Assembly (NCBI GenBank): GCA_964016885.1
Contig: OZ024743.1
Span: forward strand, 239,258,001 to 239,322,000
Reading direction: 5' to 3'
Length of the DNA: 64,000 bases
DNA from: Eledone cirrhosa
Lineage: Eukaryota
The translations under genes were made by a program, and so were the position numbers. Position 1 is the first letter of the stretch; each line of letters starts with the position of its first letter. Under the pieces are notes generated by a model. It saw nothing but the letters and a program-made list of their open reading frames with translations, searched no databases and had not been told where the DNA came from. Below, piece by piece: positions 1 through 15,819 of this stretch.

Positions 1-31
1 ATATGAGTGCATGTGTGTGTATGTATATATC

Positions 32-96
<65 letters not shown>

Positions 97-1001
97 ATAT
101 ATATGGATATACATATAATATACATGTGGAACATTGCGAGTATTAGAAAATTGAAGATGTAGTTAATGTAGATTTATCTATAGATGTTTTAATTAAAAGC
201 TTTGCTGCCAACAGAAAGAACATAAAGTATACTACCCTGAAGTGCATGAGGGATATCTTTATTCGTTTCAGAGACTGTTATCTCCTCATCATAGGATAAC
301 TACAATGATTGTACATCCTGATGGATCTTTATAACTGAAATATAACTGAAACATAACTGAAATTGTATGCCTAATTTGTCTTGCGTGCATTCGTTTAGCA
401 AATTTATAATTAGATATGTATAATTATGTTGATGAATAACCATACGTTTAGGTCTATTCTGATGAGAAGATAATAAACATGAAATGAAACGATAAGTGCA
501 TTTTCCTCAAATCAAAGTTTTAATTTTAAAAGAATAATTGTAGATATATATGTACATATTATCTATCTTAAATCTTTTAATAGACATTTTGTTCTGTATT
601 CATATTTCTTATTCAATTGATTACGTGGCATTTCAGCTCTATTCATTAATGTTAAAGTTTACAGTGGATTACCCTTTAATATATATATATATATATATAT
701 ATTGTCGTTTTGGAAGCCTCAACAATGCAGATGGGTAAATCTCCGGGTAACAGAATCCGGTGGTGATGAGAGAGATGTAAGGGAATGTAGAATGAGATGT
801 ATAGTGTGTACAGGAACGTAGGAAAGAGCGTAAAAAATAAAAATAACACGAGATAGAGTTACCTTGGGAGAGATTTAATTGTTCCTATATTTCGGATTCG
901 CATCCATCAACTGGGGGGATTCCGGGGGGGGGGGAGTTATCCGTCGGAGAGGAGCGGTACGTGGACTCTATCATCTGCTGTATATATATATACATATCTA
1001 T

Positions 1002-1043
<42 letters not shown>

Positions 1044-1251
1044 CGTATCGAGAGAGAAAAAAGAAGGGATAGGTGATACATGTAGTTATTTGCCAAATAG
1101 CGTATGCAGAAGGTGCTCAATACTAGTGCCGGCAGTGTTACATATTAGAAGTGTTAATATTTAGTGGGCGAGAGAATTAGCAGAGCGTAAGCACGTGGAA
1201 AAGTAAGAAATAGGAGAACAGAGCGTTAATACATGTTTATTTAAAACACCA

Positions 1252-1286
1252 CCTACGTACGTTTCGCCCGGATGGGCTTCTCAAGG
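1252..1286 (-). ncRNA. Minimal type I hammerhead ribozyme motif (U3-A8 variant)
   Basis: Minus strand: cc UUGAGAA gccc-aucc-gggc GAAA cguacg UA gg. Confidence 0.7.
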
Positions 1287-1546
1287 GCATAAATAACTAA
1301 AAGTGTTCCTTACATTGCCCGAAAAGTGTTTTTGGAGGTAAGTTCACGTCAGAGTGCATTCTTCGCAAAAAGAGCGTGTTTTGATTTTGCAGTAGGTCAA
1401 CCTTCCTTGATTTTGCCGTAGGTCAAGGGAGGTTGACCTACTGCAAAATCAAAACAGGCTCTTTTTGCGAAGAATGCACTCTGACGTGAACTTACCTCCA
1501 AAAACACTTTTCGGGCAATGTAAGGAACACTTTTAGTTATTTATGC

Positions 1547-1581
1547 CCTTGAGAAGCCCATCAGGGCGAAACGTACGTAGG
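1547..1581 (+). ncRNA. Minimal type I hammerhead ribozyme motif (U3-A8 variant)
   Basis: cc TTGAGAA gccc-atca-gggc GAAA cgtacg TA gg; palindromic stem III; AATAAA shortly downstream. Confidence 0.7.
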
Positions 1582-1639
1582 TGCTGTTTTAAATAAACAT
1601 GTATTAACGCTCTGTTCTCCTATTTCTTACTTTTCCACG

Positions 1640-1676
<37 letters not shown>

Positions 1677-1847
1677 TTTATATATGTACAATTCTGTAGC
1701 TAAGCATTTCATTTCACAACCTTGTTCTCGATACATCAGCCCCACTGCTTGTGTGCGTTTTAGTCAACTATAAACTCGGACTGAATTGAGTGAAACTCTA
1801 TATGCGGAAACTGTACAGAAGCCCGTTGTATGTATCCACACACATAC

Positions 1848-2255
<408 letters not shown>

Positions 2256-3174
2256 ATGTTCTAGTCTCAGTCTGAATCTTGCTCTGCACTTAGGGATGTC
2301 TGTGGCAACGATTTCTGCATTATTGATAAGATCAGGGAGATGTAACTGGAAAAGAAAACTTATAATTAACGCGGGACGGAGGAGGTGGTGGAAGACTGGA
2401 TATGGAGTAGAAGTAGGAAGTGGTGGAAAGCTGACTAAATTCAGGAGGGGAGATATTGATAGATAAACTAAGAAAGAGAAAGGGAGTAAGTGTGAGAGTT
2501 GTGGATGGAGGTGTTTGGGAAGGTGTTAACATTTCTAGAAAGAAAGAAAGAATGAATGAATGAAAGATAGAAAGCAAGGAGCCTAAAGTTGGAGATTATT
2601 AGCCTGTGTGAGATAAAATGTAGGTGTGAGAGTGAGAAACTCATGAGATAGCGATAATTGAGGGGGTGAGCAAGAGGAAAGGTAGAACATGAAGAGGAAA
2701 TGTGAAAGAAGTAGAAGAAATACGGAGTGGAAAATAGAGAAGGAAGGAATAAAAAATAAGAACTAAAGAGAAGATAGACTAGAGTAAATCAGATGCAGCG
2801 ACAGTGGGAAAGAGTGGAAGAGAGGCAAGGAGGGGCAGGGAGATATAGATAGAGGGGTTGATAAATAGGAAAAGAGGGTAAGTGAAATAATAGGTCTATA
2901 GATAGATATAGATTGATTCATATATATAGAGAGAAATAGATAGATAGATAGGGACATATATCAGAAAGAATGATTTCTACTAGTGTTAGTAACCCATCCC
3001 GCAAGTTATCTCGATTGTTTTATTGCACAGATATGAGAAGGAATGCTTAACGGAACGTACGGACATCATAAACATGGAGTATGGATATAATGACTCACTT
3101 AGATTCGAATGACTAAATAAACTCATTGTGATGATGACATGATAATGAGGACGCAACTTCCAAAGTTTTCGACA

Positions 3175-3290
3175 ATCAGAATTTAGCAGCTCAGTAGTTA
3201 TCGGTGTTTGGCTGAAAATCGTATGGTCGTGATTCGATTTCCGGCGGTGTGTTATGTTCTTCAGCAAGACACTCTATTTCACTTAGCTGG
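3175..3290 (+). mobile_element. Degenerate tRNA-derived SINE fragment
   Basis: A-box-like tagcagctcagtagtt, B-box-like gattcgatttcc, then ttcagcaagacactctatttcac resembling the SINE body at 14.5 and 40.1 kb. Confidence 0.5.
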
Positions 3291-3584
3291 CATGGAAACA
3301 TAAACACACATTAATCCCGCAGCTTGTTTGATAATACAGCTTGTAAGTTTTATTAGTCCCGATAATTCCAAAGGTCAGTTGTATGAATACAACATTTATG
3401 AACATTGACTTCGCTTCTAACCCACATACACATTTTAATTATATATATATAATTATATATCGTGTGCAGCTCTGTTTGCACACACACACACATAATACAT
3501 AGGAAAACAGAAACATAAATACAAAAACAAAACATAAACAAACATCTCGTTAACAAATCTGCTAAACTTACGCACCATATTTAT

Positions 3585-4790
3585 TTGTTTACATTTTGTT
3601 CTACTGTACGGATAGACAGACAGGACAAAATAACTATTGTGACATCCATGGATGAAGTGTGCAATAAAACTGGGCGATGTTCCAAAATAGAACATTGCCC
3701 AGAAAATCACGTCTGTCATCTATGTACAGAACCAGAGAACTCCTTCCGAAATCGATGGGTCGAATGTGGCAAATGTCGTGTTTCTGTTTGCCCTCAACGT
3801 GCCACAAACTTTCGAAAGATCCCGGGTCAGAAAAAAAGACACCATACTTCTATGATGGATGGGCTCTGGGAAATGGTCCAGCTAACAAATTGGTCCTTTC
3901 AGTGCCTGGCTTGTATGTCTCCCTCTACCATTGCAGCTGAACAACAACAACAAAAACCTAAGATCGTGCCTTCCTCTACCATTGTTCCTGAACAACAGCA
4001 AAAACCCAAACCAAAAAAACCAACGACCGTAGCTTCTGCTACTACACTCGTTGAAGGACTTCATCAACAGCAACCCATGTCTTCCTGCCCCGTTACATTT
4101 CAACAACAACAACAACAACCGACGAATGTGTCTTCCCCTACCATGCCTGTTGAAGGAGAAGAATAAAAACAAAAATCGACCGTCAATACGGAGTTTGAGG
4201 AAATACGGCAAATGATTTCTGCTTTATCCGAGAAATAGCGGGAATAAAATCAAGCGTTCGTGTAGAACCTCATAATGAAGGATCTTACTGGAGTGCCTTG
4301 TTAAAAAATCTCCGCGAACCTCTTGTCGAACCTAGATGCATTGAGAATGCCACTGAATCTGCAAACCACGAAGTGATTGTCATTGGTGTACCAGAAGACA
4401 TAGTTGATCTTCAGGCATTTTCTGCCAGTTCATCCAAAGACTTGGGCTGTGCTACCGCGAAGGGTTCTCTACGCCTTGGCCGACTAGGTCCGAAACCTAG
4501 GCTAATTTGACTGTCTTTTTCGAACTCAATTGCGGGACGTTCATACCTTGTAGCCTCTGATAAAGCTAGGCGTGAAAGTCGGATTGCTTTCCGAACAAGC
4601 TCTGGTCTTCCACCTGATGTCCGCCAAAAACTGCGTGCTGCACCTTCCTTAAACCGCAGCTCGGCAGAACATGAAAGCTTCAGCCTACGTGACGATGGGC
4701 AGATATGGAAGTTTGTTAAGGCTGGTGAAACATGGAAAAGAGATACCAGCTGGGCTGAAAACACTGTACCCACAACAATTGACAATAAAA
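3585..4790 (+). pseudogene. LINE ORF1 remnant with PHD-finger-like motif
   Basis: CHLC...WVECGKC...C...WSFQCLAC; downstream fragment VIVIGVPE...RLGRLGPKPRLI typical of CR1 ORF1. Confidence 0.65.
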
Positions 4791-4870
4791 ACTGAAAAAA
4801 CTCTGGGAAACTAAATCAGAAAAACCTGCCATCCCCTGCACATAATCATAGACTGGAATCAAGGTACAAA

Positions 4871-7579
4871 TTGTTGTTCCTGAATGCACGTAGTCTATGC
4901 AATAAGATTCTTATTTTTGACTCCTACGTCAAAAGTATCAACCCTGACTTCATTACAGTCACGGAAACTTGGGCACATTCCTTACTCTGTGATGGGGTTT
5001 TCAGCATAACTGGCTACAACTTGTTTCGTAAAGACCGCATTAATCGTCGTGGTGATGGTGTAATGGTCTATGTTCGGTCAAAATTGTCGGCAATTCCTTA
5101 TGTTGATTTGAACCAATCGCAGCAGGAAGTATTTTTCTGCGTTATACGTATGACCATGTCAACATTGCTACTTGGATTCGTTTACCGTCCCCCAAATTAC
5201 CATCAGGACACTCTACTTTGTGATATCCTTAGAGTTGCTGCCAGGAAAACAGCCACTTATGTTTTTATTGTAGGGGGCTTCAATCACCTTGAGATTGACT
5301 GGGAAACCTTTCGTTGGCCGCCAAGTGCAAATGACTTCCTTGAGCTAGTGCTGGACTCGAATTGGTCCCAAGTCGTCACTTCCCCAACAAAAGAAGAAAA
5401 CATTTTGGACCTACTCTTCACCACTACTCCTAAAACGGTTATTAGTGTTACTGCTGAGGAGCCTCTAGGTGACTCTGATCATCTCCAAACTGCTCACTTT
5501 GACTGGAATAAAGCAGACTGGAACTGTTACTGCACCGAGTTGCAACGTCCAAACTGGCTTGAGTTCTACAACTTTGGAGATGTCAACACTGTACTCCAGA
5601 ACATCCTGAGCTCAATATGGACAGCATGTGCAGCATCGGTGCCACGTAAGCAGAAAAAAACATCCAAAAAGTGCAATTTGGGAGACTGCAGCAGTCCGTC
5701 TTGCCCGAAAAGAACGTCATAATGCTGAACGTGAGTACAAACTGCATAAATCAGATATCAATAGGAAGAGGCAAAATAAATCATCCAACCATCTCAAACA
5801 GGTGGCAAAAAAGGCAGTGCTTCAATTTGAGCAGCGCATAGCAACCAGCCCTGACAGTAAGGTGTTCTGGAAGTATGTTCACTCAAAGCAGAGGCCTCAC
5901 TCTCCAGTTGGTCCTCTTCGCAATCCACACATAAGCCAGGTTACTGACGGCCCCAAGGAATGCGCAGCGCTCATTGATGAATGCTATTCAGGCATTTTCA
6001 CTATTGAAGACCAGAGTGTACCGTCTCCACCACCTATGACACCGGATTCTATTACAACTATGGAATTTACACCTGCATTGCTGCGACGTCACCTTAAAAA
6101 TAAACGCAACCATGCCTCTCCTGGTCTTGATGGTGTTACGTACCTGCTTCTCAAACGTGGTGGGTACTTCCTTCTGCACCAGCTATCACGCTTCTTCCAA
6201 TTCTGTCTGAACAACGGTGTTACTCCAGAACAGTGGAAAACTGCCAGTGTCATTGCTCTGTTCAAAAAGGATGACCGCACATCACCTGTGAACTATCGTC
6301 CAGTCAGTCTTACTAGTTGCATCGCCAAACTGATGGAATCCTGTGTCAGAGAAACACTTTGGAACTTCTGGAGCTCTCACAGTCTTATCCGGCCCTCGCA
6401 ATTTGGATTTATCCCTAACTCCAGCTGCTGTGATCAACTTATCGAGTTTCTTGAAGACATCACCCAGATCACTGATGGCGGCTCATGGGTGGATGTTGTT
6501 TACCTTGACTTTGCTAAGGCCTTCAATTCTGTGCCACACAAAAGGCTTATGGCAAAACTCTCTGCAGTGGGTGTGAAGGATGATCTTTTTAACTGGTTGA
6601 AGTCCTTCATTCTCAGTCGAAGAGAGGTAGTCACGGTTCTGGGACAGCATTCCTCACCATATGAGATGTCATATGGTATACCACAGGATCTGTTCTTGGC
6701 CCAGTTTTGTTTGTGGCATATATTAATGACATATATGCCAACTTAAAGAATAACACAGTACTGAAATATGCAGATGACATCAAGCTGTACCTTGAGATAA
6801 AAAGGACAGACCCTCAACACTATATATCTTGCTTGCAATCTGACCTGGACACAATGCAACAATGGATCTCAGACTGGCAACTCAAGCTAGCTGTGGACAA
6901 GTGCACCATCATACATTTTGGGAGTAAAAACCCAGCGTCCACATACTCCCTCCAGAACACTAATATCAAGAAGTCTTCTTGTGAACGTCACCTGGGCATT
7001 ACGGTCAGCAGCGATTTGCGTTGGACGAAGCATGTCACTAGAATTGTCAAGAAGGCCGAGGGTGTCTTGGCATCACTCAGCAAGACCTTTGTCAGCCGCT
7101 CTCCAGCTATCTATTTAAAGCTTTACATAGCTATGGTGCGGCCACACTTAGAATTTGCATCACCAGTCTGAAACCCCTATCTTGCTCAGAACATTGACCG
7201 CTTGGAAACTGTTCAGAGACGTGCAACCAAGCGAATACTCTTCATCAGGCATCTACCATACTCTGAACGCCTTGCTTCCCTGGTCATGGATACATTGAAG
7301 CTCCGACGTCTGACAACTGACTTGGTAAACACCCACAAAATTATTAACCATCTTGCCAACAACAACCCTCATTATCTTTTTGATTTCTATGTGTCTAACA
7401 CACGTGGGCATGCCGATAAAGTCAGAAAACAGCACAGTTCCCATGACTTTCGGAAACATTTTTTCACGCCCAGAGTTGCTGAAGAATCGAACAAACTACC
7501 TGCATCAGTTATTAGCTGTCAAGACACTGCATCCTTTAAAACCTCCATGCTTCCTGAGATTCGCCAACACTACACCTAA
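4871..7579 (+). pseudogene. CR1-type ORF2: AP endonuclease + reverse transcriptase, frameshifted
   Basis: NARSL, VTETW, YRPP, LDL, SDH (APE); NYRPVSLTS, QFGF, YLDFAKAF, KYADD (RT); VRPHLEFASPV and ETVQRRATK C-terminal motifs. Confidence 0.92.
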
Positions 7580-8454
7580 TATTCCCCCTCCATACACATA
7601 CACACATGTATATCATGACTCATACACTATTCACTTCCCTGACATTTGTATATTATTCTATGTACTATATATGCATCTTTGACGAATACACGAAAAATAA
7701 TAAAGAGAGGAAGTTAAAGGAGAAGAAATGGTCCCAGTAACTGATAAAGAAGGTCCGTGGACACAAGTATGAAAATACACTCTTGACAGATGCAACGTGT
7801 CCGAACACGGAAGAGCCGAACTCCCTAGAACGATAGTTGCCGAATTTACCGAGGCAAAACAGATGGGTAGCTTAGTAGATGTTTGTCCGATTTGAACTCA
7901 TAGCGTAAAGAGCCGAAAGAAATGGTGCCAGGCATAGTATCGAATATTGTAACTAATGTTGTGTTACTAAGAGAGTAAATCTACTATATTCTTGACAGTT
8001 CATTTTGTGAGAGCGGAAAATGTCGGGGAAGTTAGAGAAAATCTGGGTCATGGCTAACGGATTCATCTTTCCTAACTGCCACTTCAGCCACAGTAAGCAG
8101 CATCTCATAGTTTATTGAATTGTAGCAACCAATTATTTCATATAGTAAACATTCGGCTCATAAAGAATCCATTAAAACTATTATTCTGTTGTTCCTACTG
8201 TTTGTTCTTCGCTGCTTGCTAAGAAAGTAAGTATAAATTAATCAAGCAAGCATAATTTAATTAGTACAAAGTAACATATATTAATTAAGATACCTGATGC
8301 TATATTTAGTTTATCTCTTGCTTGTATAGGCGAATTTTAGAGTTCTCTGCGTTGATATGGATACGTTCTTGTATGATCACGTACTTAAAATAAAGGGCCG
8401 TAGATTGCCTGAGTTGTTACAGTGTCGAACAAATGTGTATTTGTTCCGCATCAC

Positions 8455-8600
8455 TACGGTTTGAGTTCAAATCCAGCCGAGCTCAACTTTGTATATTTCA
8501 TCCTTTCAAGGTCGATGGAGTAAAGTACTAGGTCGGTATAATCAGTTTTCGCCTCCCAACAAATTGCTTTCCTTGTACCTAAATTAGAAAGCATTATCAC
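8455..8600 (+). mobile_element. SINE fragment (family also at 15.8, 25.2, 38.0, 49.4 kb)
   Basis: gagttcaaatccagccgag-tcaactttg...tttcatcctttc...gtcgat...taaagtac shared with other copies. Confidence 0.65.
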
Positions 8601-9144
8601 ATACGTAGAGCCCGTATTTTAATTTGTATAGTGGATAGAGTAATTTTGTTCCTTGAATTATTTTAGTATGCTTACACTCATAATTATATATATATATATA
8701 TGCAGAAAGTTCAGTAAATCCGAAGAAAAATGATGAGAGAACCAAAGTTAGCACTTGATGCAGAGCAGAATGTATACAATAAGAATAAAGTGGAGATGCT
8801 ACATAGGAGATATATTGCTTAATCCTGGTTAGAAATGTTTCCCAGGCAGCTGGCTCGTGATCTAGGATGGTACCTCCCGACCAGACTCCTAGACTATCTG
8901 ATTCTCCGACTAGTGTTAACACAACACAAGTCACATCAAATTTGTGGACGAACCAGCAAAATCACAAACAAGCATATAGAATGACCAAACACGGGCCTAG
9001 AATACATCGGGCGGACGTATCTCGAGCATTACAAGAACAAACCGTTATAAACAAAAACCAAATTACTGAATATAAATATAAAAATAAAGAAATAAAGAAA
9101 TATATTCACGTATACACGATCACACACATACACACGTGCATAAA

Positions 9145-9207
<63 letters not shown>

Positions 9208-9304
9208 AAGAGTGTTCATCCAATAGCGTGTATGTTATACGTCCGACCAATTTTAATACACACACAGAGACACATACTCATACACGCACACACACGCGCA
9301 TGCA

Positions 9305-9405
<101 letters not shown>

Positions 9406-10229
9406 CGCAGGAACAAAAATGAATGCCCTTTGCAACAAAATTGTAATATTAGGTCGGTGATATAGGGAGCTACTCTCCTGCAAGGGTATGTCACAGGACC
9501 GGTCTAATCAATGGTACTATTCACATATCGCGTATTTTACACACCGGGAATTGAGAACAGCCACTGCTCTTGCAAATAATGTATAGTATCTGAAAGATAA
9601 AGGTATATATATGTTCCTATATCCACTCAGAATGGAAGAATACTAGCCCAGACACATGAAACAACATTATACTACATCCAAACATGGTTAAATATAATAA
9701 GCTAAATATATAATACACACATAAATAACACACACCTTTAACAAAACATATTTCACACTCCAGCCTTGTTTATAATAGAAACATAAATTCATACACACTA
9801 CAATAATCCATATAATTATACATAAGAAAACACAAACAGACACATACACACACTACGGACAATGTAACCATTAACATTATAATTACATTAAATTATATAA
9901 AATTACAGACAGAGAAGTTGCTCCTCATGAATATCAAAAACCCAAAAAATTATTATTCCATTATGATTACATCCCTTGCTCTTGACAAAGCCTCATGGAA
10001 ATAACGCTGGTCGTCTTGGTATTGCTTGAAAAATAAGCAATACTAGCGAATATACGGTCTGTAAGACGTATGCTATAATAGGCTTTGAAACATTAGGAAG
10101 TATGCAGCAATATTGAAAATGTATTTATAATAATATACTTTAGCCCTGTACTTAACATAGAGCGCCTTTTTCCCCTTTAACTAGACAACGGACACTCTAC
10201 ATACCCCCCACCCCACGCACAAACATGCA

Positions 10230-10261
<32 letters not shown>

Positions 10262-10705
10262 CAAATATATTACACAAAGAGAAGTGTGTTACACAGTGAG
10301 ATGTGTGTAAAGAATTATTACAAGTGAATTTAACCGTTACTGTATGGAGAACAATATCTACAGGTTAGCAATTAAATAGAAAAAAACCAAGTCAGAATCA
10401 AATATCTGAAGTAGAGTTTTAAATTACCAACCTTATAACTATAAGTTTGCTGATACGAATCTAGTTCGTTTCGCCACAGAAATGTGCAGTTTAACAACCC
10501 TCAGGTTCCTCAGTCAGCAAATGTGGATTCTGTTCACGACACATCTAACCTCATGGATAGAGAGAAAGTTAATATACACGCTGCCCAGAGTAGGGCGAAA
10601 TCACGTGTTATTTGCATCAAATACATTGCCTTCGGATTTTCATTTTGATATATATATATATATATATGTAATTATGTGTGTATATATATATATGTATCTC
10701 TGTAT

Positions 10706-10809
<104 letters not shown>

Positions 10810-10817
10810 CTCTGTAT

Positions 10818-11535
<718 letters not shown>

Positions 11536-11986
11536 AGAGAGAAACATGCGCACAGAAAATCCAATTATATAAGGTGAACATATAACTGCATCTCTATCTT
11601 ATCAGCCTCCTTACTGGCGTGCAATTTCGAGCATTAAGGTGATATTTTTCTTGTAATGCTAGCCTGCACAATAACTTGGAAAAACATAATGTTGGCAAGA
11701 TGAATGTGAGTGAAGTAGGAAACGAACGAACAGGGAGATTTATTTGTGCCTTATTATATTTACAGGGTTTTATAAGGGCGCTAGCGTATATGTAACATGG
11801 TTATATATAAGTGATTGCTGTATCTATTCTCGCTTGGAGTCCCCAACTAAGGGCGAACATAAATTTAGAGTATTCATAATCTTTTTACCTTATAGGGAAA
11901 TACTTAATTTTGACATGTTTATATCACTATATAATTTTGACATGTTTACATGATTATATAGTGAATGTATATGTTTGTATATAGAT

Positions 11987-12485
11987 GGAGGGTCTGTGTT
12001 TTTCTCACATCTGGTTGGTCTTTGAATGTTACTTGTTTTATATGGAAAAAAGTAGCTCGAAATGTCAGGTTTTTAGAGAAGTAATTTGATTGGTTGGTGA
12101 ATAAGTATAATAAATTTATAATAAATATAGTTTGCGTTACAAATTTCATTTATAACCAATCAAATTACATTTTAAAAAAAGCCTTCGTGAGCCCCTTTTT
12201 TTTAAGTAAAAAGAAATCCAAACAAACTGGCGCGAAAGCTGATGTGCTGATTCATGTGACTGCATCAACCCACCAAACTTCACTCATATATGAAAAAACC
12301 ACCTGAGTCCCCCCCCCCTTTGTTTGAAGAACTTTGTAACGCGAACTGACGCGAAATTTATTATACTTATTCACCAACCAATCAAATTACTTCTCTAAAA
12401 ACCTGGCATTTCGAGCCACTTTTTTCCATATAAAACAAGTAACATTCAAAGACCAACCAGATGTGAGAAAAACCACAGACCCTCC
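11987..12485. repeat. Long inverted repeat (arms ~132 bp) adjoining an HHR
   Basis: 11987-12118 reverse-complements 12352-12485. Confidence 0.88.
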
Positions 12486-12497
12486 TTTTCAACTCTA

Positions 12498-12536
12498 CTT
12501 TTGAAAAGCAGCAGAAAAACTGCGAAACCGGTAAAG
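12498..12536 (+). ncRNA. Minimal type I hammerhead ribozyme motif (U3-A8 variant)
   Basis: ctt TTGAAAA gcag-cagaaaaa-ctgc GAAA ccgg TA aag; stems I and II pair perfectly, stem III palindromic. Confidence 0.8.
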
Positions 12537-13731
12537 GAACCAGATAAATATATATATATTTTTTTTAAATAAGTCTCCTGTTGCATTTTCGATTTCATCT
12601 TTTTTCCTTTTACTCTCACTCGTGTAGGACACCTCGGTTATTTTTCATTTTGTAAATAAATCTCACTTTCTAATATATATATACACACACATATAATTAA
12701 TTATAACAGTGAGATATACTATTGTAAATAATTATACCTAACTCGTTCTATGGACTGAGCGCTCTTACCCTTGGATATTTCAACCAAACTTATTCTACAG
12801 TATATAAATATATACATCTATATATATATATATACATATATATACATGCGTGTGTGTGTGTACGTATATATCTATATGTCTGTGCGCATTTCTATGTATA
12901 CGTATGCAATTCTCCTCAATAGATAAATATACGCAGTTTAATATTTTTCACTATCACTTTACGTGACACTCTCCCTTATACTCCGCCACACATATGTACA
13001 CATGCGCTACACATGCAGCCGGCTATAGTCATCAAAAGAGAGACGCATGGCTGACTTTGTGGGCAAGCGGCAGCCATTACGCAGCAGCAAACACGTGATC
13101 TTCGAATGCAGCTGGAAACACGCAAACACACCAAGAGTGTTGCCATTTGCCACTGATGTGTTGTCATGCATAGGAGAGGGATTCGTTTGGAATTGAATGA
13201 GGAATGGGGCCAATTTTGTGTTAACATAATTAAGGATGTCGTACATTGAAACAGAAAACACGAAAAAATATATATATTATTGTACTTCTGTGACCTATGA
13301 AACAATTAGCGTTTGTATCACAATAATAATCGTCATCGTCATCGTTATTGTCAACCAATAGCATTAAAGTCGTCATTCTCTTAATTATCTTCATCATCAT
13401 CAGCCATCACCACTATCACCCCGCAGACAGAAAACCTCACACGCATACATACCCCCATATATATACAGACATATAGTCGTATAAACACAGATCTATGAAC
13501 ATACAATTATTCAAAGACGAAAGACAATAATTTTGTATTAAACGAACAAAAATCAAACACACACAAATACACACACACACACACACACGTATAAATATAT
13601 ATATATATACATCAGCGTGTATGCGTGTCTATGAATGCATTTGTATATATATATAATCGCATTCAGACACAGACACAGACACACACAGACACACACAGAC
13701 ACAGACACCCCCCCCCCCCACACACACACAT

Positions 13732-13827
<96 letters not shown>

Positions 13828-13982
13828 AATGTATACACAGAAATATCAACGTGCCCTGACCACGTTCAAATTCAACCTCCTACTTTCTATCACTAACTGT
13901 TTACACACTTTATCTCTGTCCCCATCTCTTGATGTATATATATATATATATATCTATATATATCTATCTATCTATCTATCTA

Positions 13983-14089
<107 letters not shown>

Positions 14090-14454
14090 GAGTTTGTCTG
14101 TATATATACAGATTGTGTAACCGAGACAGCACCAGCGTGTATAAATATCTATGTAGGTAAGTAACCATACCAGAAAACACGAACTTCCCTGCAAATTGAA
14201 AAGATGAGATAATTGGACCCTCATCAGAATATGTGCATAACATCAATTAACAACAAAATCACGCATTTGATGGGTATATATAACTATTCCCCTATAATAT
14301 AGTTCTGAAATGACCGTGAATTTGCACATAATTAGCGCTCGTGTTGGTAATTGTTTAAAATATATAGTAAAAAGATATCTTAATTAATTATGAACACGAA
14401 CGATAATTTTATGCAAATTTGTATGTTTATTTCAAAATAGTAGAAAGGTAGGTT

Positions 14455-14670
14455 AAAGGGCCTTTCGATCACGAATGGCCATGGGCAAGGTTGTTCGTCC
14501 ATGCATACCAGTCTTCTCTGTTGAAACTCATTTCTACAGCTGAGTGAACTGGAGCAACGTGAAATAAAGTCTCTTGCTCAAGAACACAGCTCAAAGTCCG
14601 GTCCGAGAATCGAACTCACAAGCTGACGATTGCAAGCTCGACACTCTAACAACTAAGCTATGCGTCTTTA
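14455..14670 (-). mobile_element. tRNA-derived SINE
   Basis: Minus-strand A box (tagcttagttgttag) and B box (gagttcgattc); body tcttgctcaagaacac shared with 40085-40212. Confidence 0.75.
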
Positions 14671-14985
14671 AAATAGTGCTAAGAGTGAATGGGCATATAT
14701 ACTCATCAACTGCATGCTTCCTTGTATTTGATTTGAAGATATACACGTCTTCTGGTGAGAATTAAGTTAGTTCTGAAAATAGATTAAATAAGTTCATCGT
14801 TTTTCCAATTTACAGGTAAATTCGTAGTTTTTTGGTATGTTTACATATGTTTATATAGTTACACACGTTGGTGCAGGATCTGTTTCAGACTGTGTATTTA
14901 TACAGATATAAATAAATAGTTTGAAGACCATTCGCTATGAGTTTTAAAGTAGTGACTATGTCACTTAGTTATTCTCGCCAAAAGC

Positions 14986-15031
<46 letters not shown>

Positions 15032-15047
15032 CTGTGTGTATGTGTGT

Positions 15048-15128
<81 letters not shown>

Positions 15129-15819
15129 CAGTAAACGAAGACAGCAAAGTTCACAACATCGTACAATGAAGAAAATTATTAGTTTAACGCTTGATACAGT
15201 CGGGTCAACTTTGCCTTTCAAGCTCGATACAAATGTACCAGTTTAATACTGGGTTGATTCTCTCTATATATCTCTTTCTCACTTTAATTCTTTCACTCTC
15301 TTTCCTTATCTGGAAGAAATCCGCTCTATTCAGACATAGGGAGGAGATGAGCTCCGCCAGGCTTTAATATGCCCTAGAAACGCCGTATGTCAATACTACG
15401 TCCCTACGATTCCCTCGGGGGTTACAGGACCATGCATGCATAGTAAGGAAATAATCTTTACGTTTCACCTGAAGATAGAAAGAGAAATAAAAAATGAAAT
15501 AGAAAATATAGAAAGTGAGTGAGCAGAGTAAGGGACGGGAGGGTGACATTTACACTGACACCTATCGAAATGCTTTTTTCCACTAATCGACATATATTTT
15601 GGTCCCCAATCCTTCTAGCTCGTTCAATCTCATATTTACTCGCAATTCGACAAAATTGCTGCCTTATCAACCAGAGATGGTGCTATTCGCCATCACAACT
15701 GCCATAGGAGGCCTTCTCAAAATGCATGATGACCATGACGTATTTCGCACATAAATTTATTAGTCATGAAAGTTTTATTTAATCGTTAATTTGAATTGTC
15801 TTATTTCTAAATAATTGTT

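Larger units (their letters stand above)
1193..1640. repeat. Long near-perfect foldback (arms ~218 bp) of a Penelope pLTR-like sequence
   Basis: 1193-1410 is the reverse complement of 1423-1640 with few mismatches; each arm carries an HHR motif; right end abuts (TA)n. Confidence 0.9.
3560..7690 (+). mobile_element. Decayed CR1/L2-group LINE (ORF1 + APE-RT ORF2)
   Basis: Colinear ORF1, endonuclease, RT and C-terminal fragments broken by stops and frameshifts. Confidence 0.9.

Noticed and set aside
257-497. Two oppositely oriented HHR-like strings (minus 257-295, plus 456-497)
   Set aside because: One has C3 mutated and poor stem I, the other lacks stem II; too degenerate to call
12976-13305. 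GC-richer unique stretch with short minus-strand ORFs
   Set aside because: No recognisable domain or convincing splice sites
15320-15392. gaca-taggg...cccta-GAAA-cgccg-TA-tgtc half-hammerhead
   Set aside because: CUGANGA core entirely absent
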